A stretch of 63,647 nt of DNA, filler included, from Octopus bimaculoides (GCF_001194135.2; 10 parts of 9 records of this genome joined end to end with filler, not necessarily neighbours in it); one strand, 5' to 3'; positions 1-11,691 are shown, numbered from the whole stretch's first letter. Translations and numbers: made by a program. The notes: generated from the letters alone by a model not told the origin.

Positions 1-11
1 TATATATATAT

Positions 12-89
<78 letters not shown>
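1..89. repeat. (TAGA)n microsatellite
   Basis: Perfect TAGA tetramer run. Confidence 0.98.
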
Positions 90-523
90 GGTAGAGTTTA
101 TTCGCCAACATAACGTGGCAGTCCTGACTAGGATATGTTACTTCTTTTTAGCCCCAGGCAAACATATTTTACAGCTGGTTTATCAACACATGATTTGTGA
201 CCTAGACATCTTAGACTAAGCAAGAGGGTTCGCTGCTCCCTTCTAGCCGCTGGCAGTACCTTCACTGTAAGCAAGGGTGCTCACTTGCCCCTTCGAGCCG
301 TTGGCAGTACCGGCAGCAAGGAGACTGGCTTACTGTTCTCTTCTAGCCGTTGGCAGTACCAGCAGGCAGTTGTGAGTAATGAGTCCCGTTGCTTACAGCA
401 TGTCTAGGACACAGATCATGTGTCAATAAACCAGCTGGAAAAGATGTTTTCCTGGGGTTAAAATGTAGTAACATAGTCCTGGCCAGGACTGTCACCTTAT
501 GTTGGCGACTAAACTTTACTATC
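87..523. mobile_element. Foldback/MITE-like element with ~120-bp terminal inverted repeats
   Basis: The reverse complement of 87-209 aligns with 400-523 at roughly 85% by eye. The interior has three degenerate ~50-bp direct repeats containing ttctagccgytggcagtacc. Confidence 0.75.
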
Positions 524-592
524 CAGTATTGTTACTACTTAGATCTCAATCAAGGATTTGAAACTAGTTGTTTTTCTCATATATATATACAT

Positions 593-628
<36 letters not shown>

Positions 629-819
629 GTATATATGTATATATATATATATATATNNNNNNNNNNNNNNNNNNNNNNNNNNNNNNNNNNNNNNNNNNNN
701 NNNNNNNNNNNNNNNNNNNNNNNNNNNNNNNNNNNNNNNNNNNNNNNNNNNNNNNNNNNNNNNNNNNNNNNNNNNNNNNNNNNNNNNNNNNNNNNNNNNN
801 NNNNNNNNNNNNNNNNNNN

Positions 820-1690
820 TATGTATGTATGTATGTGCAGATTTGTATGTATTCTCATGCATATTGTTGCATATCTAGACATGCTCATATATGGTTAAAT
901 GAAAAACTTTTGGCAAGTTTTACAGATTTTTACAGTTCCAGTGATGGATGGGATCTGTAGTCTTCGAATCAGCTTTCTCATTTCTGATTTTGAGAAGCCT
1001 AATTTCTCAAGATTGGCATTTAGGTAGTGTGTTACATATCCCTGAGACCTAATAATTACAGGTATAAACCTAAACTTATAATCTGGATAGACTAACTGCA
1101 GATTTCTAAATAGTTCAGCGTAAGTGTTCTCATTTTCACTAAGCATCAGCTAATATTAACATCCGCTGGGAAGCTGATTTCTACAACTGTACACAGTTTC
1201 TCTTCTCTATCCCAACCCATTGTATCAGGTCTGTAGTGCTTACGTTTTATTGAGGTTTTCACTGGAACATTCCACCAGTACTCCTTTTTTCTTATGGGTG
1301 GCTATGGTTTCCATCATACTGTGGGTTCTTATTTTTGTCTCCTCGGGGTTATCATTCCGACAGATTTCCTTTTATAGTGTCCTAGCTACCAAATCATGTT
1401 TCATCGGTAGATAATAGCGTGATCACATTTTCGGACAACTGCTTATGATGTGAATGATATCTTCGGTGCAAACTCCATAAAGTTTGCATCGGTTGTCACA
1501 TTTAATTATTTTCCTGCATCTCTATCCCATTGGATACGTTACTGTTTATGTGGAAATTATGTGTGCCTATTAGAATTTTGCAGGTTTTCACATCAATGGC
1601 TCGGATCTCATCAAGCATCCAATCAAGCAATCCAGATCTTAATATGAGTACTGGTACTGCAAACACATAGTGGGCCATTGTTTTATCGCA
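820..1690 (-). mobile_element. R4/Dong-like non-LTR retrotransposon, 3' fragment (RT thumb, zinc knuckle, restriction-like endonuclease), decayed
   Basis: Minus-strand translation gives FAVPVL..LDW..DEIRAIDVKTCKIL, CKLYGVCTEDIIHIISSCPKM*SRYYLPMKHD, HYRPD..WDREEKLCTVVEISFP and ENTYAELFRNLQ..FIPVII..GYVT..LEKLG..GTVKICK. Stops and frameshifts are present. Confidence 0.85.
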
Positions 1691-1756
1691 TTGTGTTGTA
1701 TGTATGTATGTATGTATGTATGTATGTATAATAAAACACATATATTCTTTTTCTCT

Positions 1757-1929
1757 TATTCTTTTATTGGTTTCAGTCATTTGAATAAGTTTACCCCAGG
1801 ACTTATTCTTTGTAAGCCTAGTACTTATTCTATCGGACTTTTTTGTCGAACCGCAAAGTTACGGAGACGTAAACACACCAACACCGGTTGTGAAGCGATG
1901 TTGGGGGACAAACACAGACACACAAACAC

Positions 1930-1995
<66 letters not shown>

Positions 1996-2720
1996 NNNNN
2001 NNNNNNNNNNNNNNNNNNNNNNNNNNNNNNNNNNNNNNNNNNNNNNNNNNNNNNNNNNNNNNNNNNNNNNNNNNNNNNNNNNNNNNNNNNNNNNNNNNNN
2101 NNNNNNNNNNNNNNNNNNNNNNNNNNNNNNNNNNNNNNNNNNNNNNNNNNNNNNNNNNNNNNNNNNNNNNNNNNNNNNNNNNNNNNNNNNNNNNNNNNNN
2201 NNNNNNNNNNNNNNNNNNNNNNNNNNNNNNNNNNNNNNNNNNNNNNNNNNNNNNNNNNNNNNNNNNNNNNNNNNNNNNNNNNNNNNNNNNNNNNNNNNNN
2301 NNNNNNNNNNNNNNNNNNNNNNNNNNNNNNNNNNNNNNNNNNNNNNNNNNNNNNNNNNNNNNNNNNNNNNNNNNNNNNNNNNNNNNNNNNNNNNNNNNNN
2401 NNNNNNNNNNNNNNNNNNNNNNNNNNNNNNNNNNNNNNNNNNNNNNNNNNNNNNNNNNNNNNNNNNNNNNNNNNNNNNNNNNNNNNNNNNNNNNNNNNNN
2501 NNNNNNNNNNNNNNNNNNNNNNNNNNNNNNNNNNNNNNNNNNNNNNNNNNNNNNNNNNNNNNNNNNNNNNNNNNNNNNNNNNNNNNNNNNNNNNNNNNNN
2601 NNNNNNNNNNNNNNNNNNNNNNNNNNNNNNNNNNNNNNNNNNNNNNNNNNNNNNNNNNNNNNNNNNNNNNNNNNNNNNNNNNNNNNNNNNNNNNNNNNNN
2701 NNNNNNNNNNNNNNNNNNNN

Positions 2721-2762
<42 letters not shown>

Positions 2763-2921
2763 GATGGGCTTCTTTCAGTTTCTACAAAATCCACTCACAA
2801 GGTTTTGGTCGGCCCGAAGGTATAGTAGAAGACACTTGTCCAAGATGCCACGCAGTGGGTCTGAGCCCGGAACCATGTGGTTGGTAAGCAAGCTACTTAC
2901 CACACAGCCACGCCTGCGCCT
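1757..2921 (-). mobile_element. OR2-like (CORE-type) tRNA-derived SINE spanning an assembly gap
   Basis: 3' half at 1757-1920 and 5' half at 2761-2921 (tRNA-like head, cttgggcaagtgtcttc-type core) flank a central microsatellite and gap. Confidence 0.85.
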
Positions 2922-3699
2922 ATATATGTACGTTACTTTAATTTTCTATAGTAGAACATAGGGTACTATTTAACTTAGGTGCTAAACTATACTCCATACT
3001 GCACTAAATAGACTTCACAATATACTAGATATATCACACTTCAATAATGAACTACACCTCACAGAACACTTTATACTGTACATCACATTGTAAGATACAA
3101 TGTGTGTGTGTGTGTGTGTGCGTGCGTGCGCGTGTGTGCACTTTATGCGTCACACTACCTTATGCATGCTGTATACTATGCATCACATTACACAATATAC
3201 AACATGCAGCTCTATTTACATTACATATTATATTACACATCATACTGCTTTATATACACAAGAGAAATTAACCAAAGATGCTTGTGTAACTTTAGCGCAA
3301 TAAAGTACGATATCTATTGCAGTTTAAATACATCGTTTGTTCCAAAAGCTCCAATACCACCCCCACTTATTCTTAAGAGTGTGTGGGAAAAGCAGTTTGA
3401 AGAAATATTTGCTTACTAAGTTGAATATAGAGTTTTATTAAGAAAGACGAAAATACGAAACTTTTATTGAAATTTTTTTAAGACAAAAGGAGTTAAAACT
3501 ATACAACATAAAATTCATAATAATAGTGTTATTTTGATTCTAATTTTTTATCAGAAAAGCTTGAAAAAGCTTTTTCGAAATGTCGAGAAGCATACTTTTA
3601 GATTTCTTTAAATGTTGAAATCAAATGTTGTGCGTAAATAGCTCTAATTACAATTTGGTTTCCGTTAAGCTTTATTTGTTTTTTCTTATGTGTGAGATA

Positions 3700-4245
3700 A
3701 TATTGTCAAAGAAAACGAAATTCCATGCTGATCATATTGCTGTCTTTGAGAAGTAGGCGCAACGTATTCAGAAATCTGCAAGATACTGAAAAAGCAAGAA
3801 ATTTCCCTGTCATAAAAAGGATAAAGCTGTATGCAAAGAAGAAAACATCTAGCAAGCCTGGAACCACTACAAGGACAGAAGACAGGAGACTAAATTTCTT
3901 TGTTCTTCAGACTCAAACCAAATGGATGCCTGGGGCAACTGTCATGAGAATTTTAACATGCTTAAAACAATGATTCTTCTGGAAAAACCATTCAAAGCAG
4001 TTTAAAAGATATTTGTTTCACCTTAAATGATGAGCTAGGAAGTTTTTGTTAACCAAGAAACACCTCAAGCAAAAAATGGTATATTTTGACCAGTATGGCA
4101 ACTGTGATTCACTCAGTTTTCAGATATTACACTTAAGTGATACACCAAGATTTGAGCATTGTTGTGATGCTGCGGGATGCCGCCTTCACAGAGTTAATGA
4201 GAGATTCTATCCCAACCGTATTTCAGGAACGATTCTGTCACCCCA
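3700..4245 (+). mobile_element. Tc1-like transposase N-terminal relic
   Basis: KPGTTTRTEDRRL (GRPR-like), then LTKKHLKQKMVYFDQYGNC...LSDTPRF...RLHRVNERFYPNRISGTI, resembling the Tc1 WxxVxFSDESRF..ERYxP motif. Confidence 0.65.
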
Positions 4246-4252
4246 CCGCCTT

Positions 4253-4302
<50 letters not shown>

Positions 4303-4304
<2 letters not shown>

Positions 4305-4510
4305 GTGGTTTCAAATTTTGCCACAAGGGCAGCCATTTTGGGGAAGGGACGAGTCGATTAAATCGACTCCAGTGTTCAACTGGCACTTAATTTATCGACT
4401 CCGAAAGGATGACAGGCAAAGTCGACCTCGGTGGAATGTGAACTCAGAACGGAGCGACGGACGAAATACCGCTAAGCATTTCGTCCAGCGTGCTAAGGAT
4501 TCTGCTACCT
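4303..4510 (-). mobile_element. OK-like (Meta-domain-type) SINE
   Basis: tRNA-like head plus gcctttcatcctttcggggtcgataaattaagtaccagt-type core, flanked by (TAA)n on both sides. Confidence 0.85.
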
Positions 4511-4511
4511 C

Positions 4512-4512
<1 letters not shown>

Positions 4513-4598
<86 letters not shown>

Positions 4599-4658
4599 AA
4601 GAAGAAGAAGAAGAAGAAGAAGAAGAAGAAGAAGAAGAAGAAGAAGAAGAAGAAGAAG

Positions 4659-4704
<46 letters not shown>

Positions 4705-4705
4705 G
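4513..4705. repeat. Compound microsatellite (TAA)n-(GAA)n-(CAA)n
   Basis: Direct reading. Confidence 0.97.
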
Positions 4706-4989
4706 TGATAATATTAATAAGGCAGTAAATACACTTACACACACACACACATATGATTGTACGTAATTAAAACGTGCTTGATTTCGCGATTATTTCCAAC
4801 AGTATATATTAATTTTCACTTTTATATTGTCATATGATTTTAATAAAAAAACTGTATCAAATGTCGAAATATTCCTAACAATGGGGAAATATCCAAGAAA
4901 ACAATATCTCTAGAGCAATTTAATTTTTCATTACAGTATTTCAACTGGTTTTATATTCTAGGCTTTGATGGAAGTGTAGATTGCATCTT

Positions 4990-5195
4990 AAAAAAGTAAA
5001 GTGATCCGGACATCAATGTCTCGAGTCCTAGGACTGAAAGGAGCGGTTACCGAGTTTCCATGCACACCAGTGAGTAGACTGGAGCAAAGTGAGATTAGAT
5101 GTTTTGCTCGAGAATGCAATGCACCGCCCAATCCAGGAATCGAAACCATGATCTTGCTATTGTGTGTGTGACATTTTAATTTCTAGGCCACATGA
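4990..5195 (-). mobile_element. Old tRNA-derived SINE fragment
   Basis: Reverse strand has gtggcctag (A-box-like), ggtttcgattcctgg (B-box) and ctcgagcaaaacatct..tttgctccagtc core-like sequence. Confidence 0.5.
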
Positions 5196-6049
5196 ACGTT
5201 TCAAGTCTGTCTAGTAAAAAGTGCATATCATTGATGAGGCCACGAATGGCGATGAAATACCTTTGGCAAACGTTATTGATTGTTTGCTTAACCGAACGGT
5301 TAATCAAGCAATCAATTATTTAATTAGTGAAATAGTTAACCAATTGACAAATATAGACAAAGGAAGTGAAACAGAAGCAGTGCGCGTATTTATTATTGGC
5401 ATAATGACCCTTCCGAAATGCAACAAAAACAAAAGAGGTCTTTCTTTTCTTCCTAAAATTACGATTCTACGTGTAACGATGCTTACAAAATGTATAATTT
5501 CAATGATATCCAAAAGGCTTCAAGACCAAAAAAGAATAAATAAACAACACACGAGTAGAATGTAATTAATTTTAGCTGTAAGAAAAAAAAAATCGTGGCA
5601 AGTTTAGCCATCATCCATTTTGTTCATTCATTTATCATGTGGTTTCCACTGTAAAAAAATTACTATAAATGAATTCCTTTCCTTTTTACATTATTCTCTG
5701 TTACTTTTTCTTTTAATCTTGACGAAGGCCCACTACAAGAATATTTTCTCTTCAAGTTTTCTTCCCTACAGCGCAAAATTAATTACGTTCCAGTTCCTTT
5801 TTGTTTTTTCTGTTTATTGTTGCTGCTGTTGCTTTCAAGAAACCTTTTGCATCAACGTACATTGATGTAACCCTATCTCTAGATTACCACTAGATTGAAT
5901 TTATATTACTGTACTAAACCAAATTCATGGAACTTTCTTATTTCAATTTGCTAGACCTTAAACTTTTTCTCCGTCATTTGCATCATTGCCTTTAACAATT
6001 TTCACGCTCTTTATCCATGGTTGCCACCATTCATCATTCTATTTTTCTA

Positions 6050-6660
6050 TGCTTATATTTATTAAGAATGTTAATTCCCTTATTCCAGTCTCATACCATA
6101 CCATTACTCTACCCCATAATGGACTAAGCTGCATGCTTATTTTTTTCACCAGAAACCGTCTGGACCCAGAATCTTCTTTTTGGTTGCATGCCTTTCGTCG
6201 TATATTCGCTACACTAGCCATACTCTCCACCTCTTTAACTTCTCCTTCTTTCTCCACTGGCCTCCCCTAACTTGTTCCCCTATAGATATGCACTCCTTTT
6301 TTTATACATTCCCCCACAACTAAAGTAATTTATCCCTACAGTACTTTCTTGACAAGTGTATCACGCCCTAGCCCAGTACACCTGTTCTCCGCCGTCCCAA
6401 ACGTCCTTATTCTTAACTGCTTCTCAGAGGACTCCTATCAGCAGCTTATGGGGTCTAGAGTGAGACATAAGTATGCCCACCTATTTATTAAGTTGAAGCC
6501 AAATGTTTACCAAGTGCAGTGGACTTTACCCAAAGCTACAAGATCGTTACATCGATAACTATAGCGGCTCCACTTCCCTTACCTCTCAAGGAGCAAATAC
6601 CATCGCTTTCATCATCAACACCTTCTACTCTGCCATAAATATGTTTAAATGTTGTGTTAT
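6050..6660 (+). mobile_element. Penelope-like element reverse transcriptase relic
   Basis: Frameshifted motifs in the expected order: SSYIRYTSHTL, IDMHSFYT.IPHN, VLILNCFS..YQQ.MGSR..YAHLF, RYIDNY..TS. Confidence 0.65.
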
Positions 6661-6889
6661 TACGTGTAGCGGTACGCACATTTCAATATGATCACAAAAT
6701 ATAGTCATATACACTTACCCAAAGAAGACACATTGTTGTATCTCATCTACATTGACTCTATACAGTACGCATATACCCCACACGTACAGTTTAACCGTAT
6801 GTCATGTTATCTCCCTTGACTAAATAAAAAGATATGCTATTCTACATGAAAAAAAAACAGTTTTCCGTGTGCGTCATCCATTTTATTGC

Positions 6890-6963
6890 TTTCAAATATT
6901 GATTCAAGGCGAGCAATTTGAGGGGAGGGGACTAGTTGATTACATCGACCCTACTGCTGAACT
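6890..6963 (-). mobile_element. OK-like SINE 3' fragment truncated by an OR1-like insertion
   Basis: tttcaaa..caaggcgagcaatttgagggg..gattacatcgaccc matches other copies. Confidence 0.6.
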
Positions 6964-6968
6964 GCGGT

Positions 6969-7251
6969 GGAGGCGCAATGGCCCAGTGGTTAGGGCAGCG
7001 GACTCGCGGTTAGACCGGGCGTTGTGAGTGTTTATTGAGCGAAAACACCTAAAGCTCCACGAGGCTCCAGTAGGGGATGGTGGCGAACCCTGCTGTACTC
7101 TTCCACCACAACCTTCTCTCACTCTTTCTTCCTGTTTCTGTTGTGCCTGTATTTCAAAGGGCCAGCCTTGTCACACTGTTTCACGCTGAATATCCCTGAG
7201 AACTACGTTAAGGGTACACGTGTCTGTGGATTGCTCAGCCACTTGTACGTT
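6969..7251 (+). mobile_element. OR1-like tRNA-derived SINE
   Basis: ggaggcgcaatggcccagtggttagggcagcggactcgcgg head; body shared with three other copies; runs into a gap. Confidence 0.85.
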
Positions 7252-7696
7252 NNNNNNNNNNNNNNNNNNNNNNNNNNNNNNNNNNNNNNNNNNNNNNNNN
7301 NNNNNNNNNNNNNNNNNNNNNNNNNNNNNNNNNNNNNNNNNNNNNNNNNNNNNNNNNNNNNNNNNNNNNNNNNNNNNNNNNNNNNNNNNNNNNNNNNNNN
7401 NNNNNNNNNNNNNNNNNNNNNNNNNNNNNNNNNNNNNNNNNNNNNNNNNNNNNNNNNNNNNNNNNNNNNNNNNNNNNNNNNNNNNNNNNNNNNNNNNNNN
7501 NNNNNNNNNNNNNNNNNNNNNNNNNNNNNNNNNNNNNNNNNNNNNNNNNNNNNNNNNNNNNNNNNNNNNNNNNNNNNNNNNNNNNNNNNNNNNNNNNNNN
7601 NNNNNNNNNNNNNNNNNNNNNNNNNNNNNNNNNNNNNNNNNNNNNNNNNNNNNNNNNNNNNNNNNNNNNNNNNNNNNNNNNNNNNNNNNNNNNNNT

Positions 7697-7749
<53 letters not shown>

Positions 7750-7782
7750 ATGTGTGTATGTGTGTGTGTGTGTATGGGCATG

Positions 7783-8160
7783 TCTAGATATGCAAGTATA
7801 TATATGTAAGTATATATATAAGAAAGCATATACAAAATAAAGTATTCAAATCTGCACGTATACATATATACATACATACATACAAAAATACCCTGTTCAT
7901 GTGGAAATTCCAATTAGCTTTCTCCTTTATGGTTTTGAGAAGCCTAAATTCTGAAGATTGGTAGTTAGACTGTGTGATACATATCCCAGTGCACCAATTA
8001 CAGGTATAGACCTGAACTTTTAATCTGGAAGGAGTAACTACAGATTTCTCAATAGTTCAGCGTAGGTATTCTCTTTCTCACTGATCTTCAGATAATGTTA
8101 ACATACGTTGGGCAGCTGATTTCCACAACTGTACAGTTTCTCTTCTCTATCCCAAATCAT
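7783..8160. mobile_element. Second R4/Dong-like fragment: 3' UTR on + (7783-7880), endonuclease region on - (7905-8160)
   Basis: Homologous to 820-895 (opposite orientation) and to 970-1220 (same orientation). Confidence 0.75.
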
Positions 8161-8411
8161 TATGTGTATGTATATCATTATTCAGTTTATTTCAAGATTT
8201 CTTGCTAATAGAGAAAGAACAGGTTTCTAACCTAGATCCAAGGTTCCTTCATTAGAATTTCAACATCACAACAGGGCATTTTTGTTAGTATGTATATATG
8301 TATGTATGCATGCATGTATGTGTGTGTGTGAGTGTGTGCGTATGCATGTGTGAGTGCGTGTGTGTGTATATGACTTTACTGTCATTAATTTCTCTTCTTT
8401 TCCAATTTTCT

Positions 8412-8494
8412 ATGAAGTTGGTGTCCAAAACGTTACATTTTCTACCCCTTACAGCAAGTCTACTGTACTCCTTTTATCAATTTCATTATACAAG
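8412..8494 (+). CDS. Candidate first coding exon with signal-peptide-like sequence (speculative)
   Basis: ATG..MKLVSKTLHFLPLTASLLYSFYQFHYT ends at a perfect AAG|GTAAGT donor in phase 2. Confidence 0.25.
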
Positions 8495-8814
8495 GTAAGT
8501 CTCGCCCACGCACCAAAGCCAGCCTCTTTTGTTTGATCATATATGTATATAGGCATATTTGCAGTCAAAAGACGTTTTATAAGCATTAAAACTATTCTCA
8601 GAACTGAAGAGAAGCCAAGTATTGGTTACATTTCCAAAAACATTAAGTAGTGTGTGTGTGTACAAAAAAGACGATAGATAGACAGCACTATTGCGAATCA
8701 ATTGGTTCTTTTGAGTTTTTATGTTGAGTAATAAATTGCAAATAATGGAGAAAAGTATAAATGGAAAATGAAAGCTGGTGGTAGATAAGAAGAAGAATGA
8801 AGATAGATAAATAA

Positions 8815-8868
<54 letters not shown>

Positions 8869-9059
8869 TTTAGATNNNNNNNNNNNNNNNNNNNNNNNNN
8901 NNNNNNNNNNNNNNNNNNNTTAATTAATTAANNNNNNNNNNNNNNNNNNNNNNNNNNNNNNNNNNNNNNNNNNNNTTACAGTCTGTTGGGTCTCTCTTAT
9001 TATTATTTTTTTTTTTTTAATCGTAGAGTAGCAAATGAAAAAATGAACAGAACAATGAC

Positions 9060-9250
9060 AGAAGAAGAAGAAGAAGAAGAAGAAGAAGAAGAAGAAGAAG
9101 AAGAAGAAGAAGAAGAAGATATGTATGTTAATATAATATGTATGTAAAACTCTTGTAGTACGCTATAGAGAAGAAGAAGAAGAAGAAGAAGAAGAAGAAG
9201 AAGAAGAACAACAACAACAACAACAACAACAACAGCAACAACAACAATAG
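9060..9250. repeat. (GAA)n and (CAA)n microsatellites
   Basis: Direct reading. Confidence 0.95.
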
Positions 9251-9728
9251 CAATAATATTCCCAGAAATCTATATAAAATATGCTCATATTTATTGCGAA
9301 TTCAAAGCGCTTGCGCGTGTGTCATTTACTGGTGACAGTGATGATGTTGACAATGATGATGATGATGATGATTATGATGGTAATAATAATGATCATGACA
9401 ATGATGATCATGATCATGTTCTTGATGATGTTTATGTGGAGGCGGAAGTAGAGAATGTGGAAGAAATGGGGGTGAAAAAGAGGAAACCAGAGAGAAAACA
9501 GAAGAAAAGCAACAAAGATAGCAGGAACGTAAAGGAACAAAAAGATTGCCATCTGGCGATATATCACGATGAGCATCATCATCATCATCATTATTGTCGT
9601 TGTCGTCAACAGAAGCAGCAATAGCATCAACGAAATAAAACACAACGTAAACAACAGTAACGACTACAACTAGAACCACAACAAGTGCAGCAACATCAAC
9701 AAAAATAACTACAATAAACAATAACCAG

Positions 9729-10010
9729 TGGGACGTGGAAAGCAGCGACACGTTCGCCGGTTCCAATCTTGCAGCGTCGGTTGCAAACTCGGGTGTCGCC
9801 TGCTCGTAACGCAGAAGAGAGAAAAATCAATAAATACAGGGGCCTGGTGATCTAAGGACCCTGTACTACAGATTTCCTCAGTAAAATAGGGATAACGGCA
9901 GCCCATCGGAGAAATGAGTCCCGCGAGGTAGAGTGGCTGCAGCAGCGAGTGTCTATGACCATTCTCCGCAGCAACACCATCATGATCATTACCGCTTCAA
10001 CTTCTGCTGC
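9729..10010 (+). mobile_element. CRE-like non-LTR retrotransposon C-terminal endonuclease relic
   Basis: WDVESSDTFAGSNL...AEERKINKYRGL...DFLSKIG..NESREVEWLQQRVSMTILRSN matches the WDVT..DT.A.S / AE.RK..KY / RE..FL.QRLS.AIQRGN pattern. Confidence 0.7.
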
Positions 10011-10164
10011 TTTACCACCTTTTTTTCCTTTTCCTTTCTTATCTCTCTTTTTTTCCTGTTGTTTAGTATTTAAATTTGAATGAATCGCTTATCGTACGTT
10101 TAACGTCAAATACAGCTTATTAAATTGATTTCAGAAAAATATATGAAATAACCTCTGAAGCATA

Positions 10165-10383
10165 ATATTGGTTTCACATTTTGGCACAAGGCCAGCAATT
10201 CTAGGGGAGGGCGTAAGTCGATTACATCGACTCCAATGATCAACTGGTACTTATTTTATCGACGCCTAAAGGATGAAAGGCAAAGTCAACCACGGTGGAA
10301 TTTGAACTGAAAATGTAAAGATGGACGAAATGCTGCTAAGTAGTTCGCCCGGCGTGATAACCATTCTGCCAGCTCACCGTCTT
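10165..10383 (-). mobile_element. OK-like SINE
   Basis: Full head, core and tail. Confidence 0.85.
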
Positions 10384-10416
10384 ACTTAATGATACTTAAA
10401 TATGAAGTTCGGTCAC

Positions 10417-10547
10417 AAGGCGGTGAGCTGGCAGAATCTTTAGCATGCCGGACAAAGTGCTTAGTAGCATTTCGTCCGTCGTTACGTTCTGAGTTTAAAA
10501 TCTGCCGAGATCGAATTCGCCTTTCATCCCTTTAGGGTTGATGAAAT
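10417..10547 (+). mobile_element. OK-like SINE, 3'-truncated
   Basis: aaggcggtgagctggcagaatc head through cgcctttcatccctttagggttgat core. Confidence 0.85.
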
Positions 10548-11395
10548 AATTATATATACATATATATATATATAATATAATATAAATAAAATATATATAT
10601 GGGCATATATACATACATAAATATATGTACATACTGACATATTTGTATATATATGTTAGTATGTACATATTTGTATGTATATATGCCAATATCTATATAT
10701 CGTTTATATTATATATATGTGTCAGTATGTACATGTATGTATGTATATATGCCTATATATATTTTATTTATATTATTATATATTTGAACGCCACGCATCC
10801 ATTTCCAAGTAAGTTTATATATGTATGTGTGTATATATATATATATANNNNNNNNNNNNNNNNNNNNNNNNNNNNNNNNNNNNNNNNNNNNNNNNNNNNN
10901 NNNNNNNNNNNNNNNNNNNNNNNNNNNNNNNNNNNNNNNNNNNNNNNNNNNNNNNNNNNNNNNNNNNNNNNNNNNNNNNNNNNNNNNNNNNNNNNNNNNN
11001 NNNNNNNNNNNNNNNNNNNNNNNNNNNNNNNNNNNNNNNNNNNNNNNNNNNNNNNNNNNNNNNNNNNNNNNNNNNNNNNNNNNNNNNNNNNNNNNNNNNN
11101 NNNNNNNNNNNNNNNNNNNNNNNNNNNNNNNNNNNNNNNNNNNNNNNNNNNNNNNNNNNNNNNNNNNNNNNNNNNNNNNNNNNNNNNNNNNNNNNNNNNN
11201 NNNNNNNNNNNNNNNNNNNNNNNNNNNNNNNNNNNNNNNNNNNNNNNNNNNNNNNNNNNNNNNNNNNNNNNNNNNNNNNNNNNNNNNNNNNNNNNNNNNN
11301 NNNNNNNNNNNNNNNNNNNNNNNNNNNNNNNNNNNNNNNNNNNNNNNNNNNNNNNNNNNNNNNNNNNNNNNNNNNNNNNNNNNNNNNNNNNNNNN

Positions 11396-11451
<56 letters not shown>

Positions 11452-11691
11452 TGTGTGTGTGCGTGTGTGTGTGTGCACTTATATAGGTGCGTGTTTGTGT
11501 GTGTACACAGTCTTGTGATTTGAATCTCAAGAAACTTAAAAAACAGTCTAAGTGTCGTTTTAACTTAAATAATTACCGCAGGCAGTCTCATACCACCCCC
11601 AATACCCGCTTTATCTTCTCACGTGCGCCAAATATCAGCCAATGAAGAAACCGCTAACTGTTCCTCGACTTGCAGGAAATAGTAGCCTAAT

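Noticed and set aside
241-360. Repeat-spacer-like triple resembling a mini CRISPR array
   Set aside because: Eukaryotic context, no cas genes, and the spacers are mutually related; it is the interior of a foldback element
3760-3790. VFRNLQD resembling the LRR FRNL motif
   Set aside because: No 72-nt exon boundaries; it lies inside the Tc1 relic
5221-5565. 114-aa ORF
   Set aside because: No recognisable motif or splice context; likely chance in AT-rich DNA
9319-9766. Asp/His-rich ORFs
   Set aside because: They derive from degenerate GAT/CAT/CAA trinucleotide repeats
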